A DNA stretch of 64,000 nucleotides, the filler included, from Octopus bimaculoides (taxonomy: Eukaryota): the NCBI RefSeq assembly GCF_001194135.2. It is 4 parts of 3 records of this genome, joined end to end, with 100 filler letters (N's around TTAATTAATTAA, not from the genome) between each part and the next. Parts side by side here need not be neighbours in the genome. Positions count along the whole stretch, not along the records: positions 58,322 to 64,000 come from NC_068987.1; 3 more parts are not named here. One strand, given 5' to 3'. This document shows positions 63,231-64,000 of the stretch, one piece after another (position 1 is the stretch's first letter; every line of letters begins with the position of its first letter). A model generated the notes under the pieces. It was not told the origin of the DNA. It made no database searches and saw nothing but the letters and a program-made list of their open reading frames with translations. A program made the position numbers and the translations under genes.

Positions 63231-63768
63231 GCATTACTTCAACTAGAAAAACTTGAAGGCCACAGAAGTGTTATCAAACAACTTTACAAAACACCGGTCT
63301 CTTTTGGATAACATCTTGCATATATATAAAGGTATTATTATTACTAATAAGTAATAACAATAATAATATTATGGGGTAGCAAGTATTAAAACCAAAGAGG
63401 AAAATTTATAAATTTATAATTAATTTATAATATAATTGAAGGTACACGAAGTAACGGCTTTTCTAGAAATAAGAGTACTAAAATACTCACATAATCCCCC
63501 ATGCACTAAAAATACAAAAGGCTGATGAAAATCGAGGTGACGAACAAAATTTAACTTACTATCGCGGCCGAAAGTCGCAAATGAGCATCACAGATATACC
63601 TATAACACGCGATTTCGAACTTTGAGATATTTCTCTTAGTTCTTATCAGTGGGTCTAACTGTTAGCCAAGGGCTAAATTCATGCTCGCTTCATCATGCTT
63701 GTCAAAATCGTTAAAAACCCAGCGCCAAATTCAAACGATACCGGTGTATAAATATACATAAATAAATA

Positions 63769-64000
63769 TATTATTATTATTATTGTTCAGTAGTTTTATT
63801 TTTATAACGTGCTTTCACTTCACTACCGAGCGCAGCTCTGTGCGCCTTGGGTATGTGCTGTGGCTTGCTGTGGTGCTCTTATGGTTACTGTATTGAAAGT
63901 GTTTTGCGTAGAATGTGTGCAGTGCCCAGTAGTGCAATTTTCTGTATGTTATATATATTTCTAAGTCCTAGTGTTTTTGTTATGTATTTGTCTGAATATT
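63769..64000 (-). mobile_element. R4/Dong 3' end with (TAA)n tail
   Basis: NIQKIALLGTAHILRKTLSIQ* (stop 63885-63887), UTR, then (TAA)n; continues past the window edge. Confidence 0.85.

Noticed and set aside
10-64000. The many ORFs rich in [12 protein letters not shown], poly-L/I/V/S/N or X
   Set aside because: They are translations of di- and trinucleotide microsatellites or N gaps, not genes.

Overview
AT-rich, microsatellite-saturated, gappy animal genomic DNA with no host protein-coding exon that I can recognise. The SINE, LINE and MITE families look like those of Octopus (probably O. bimaculoides; this is recall-based inference, not a database result). Nearly all long ORFs in the supplied track are microsatellite or N-run artefacts. 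The real coding relics are mobile elements: a near full-length R4/Dong-clade RT-RLE retrotransposon (about 52.0-56.1 kb, minus strand) plus eight further Dong-type fragments, Tx1/L1-clade pieces (56.2-58.2 kb plus; 59.0-59.5 kb minus), mariner and pogo transposase relics, several MITE/foldback elements and three abundant tRNA-derived SINE families. The most interesting signal is RNA-structural. A type I hammerhead ribozyme with a complete core sits at 47950-48014 (minus) in a Penelope-like terminal repeat carrying a 77-bp inverted copy. A second, minimal hammerhead forms the tail of a tRNA-headed SINE-like element (33.2-33.65 kb; decayed copy at 18.1-18.3 kb). A third hammerhead relic lies inside an inverted-repeat element (43.4 kb), and there are two HDV-like ribozyme candidates (37.0 kb; 56.1-56.2 kb). 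Three 44N-TTAATTAATTAA-44N linkers mark artificial scaffold joins. Repeat boundaries are approximate.
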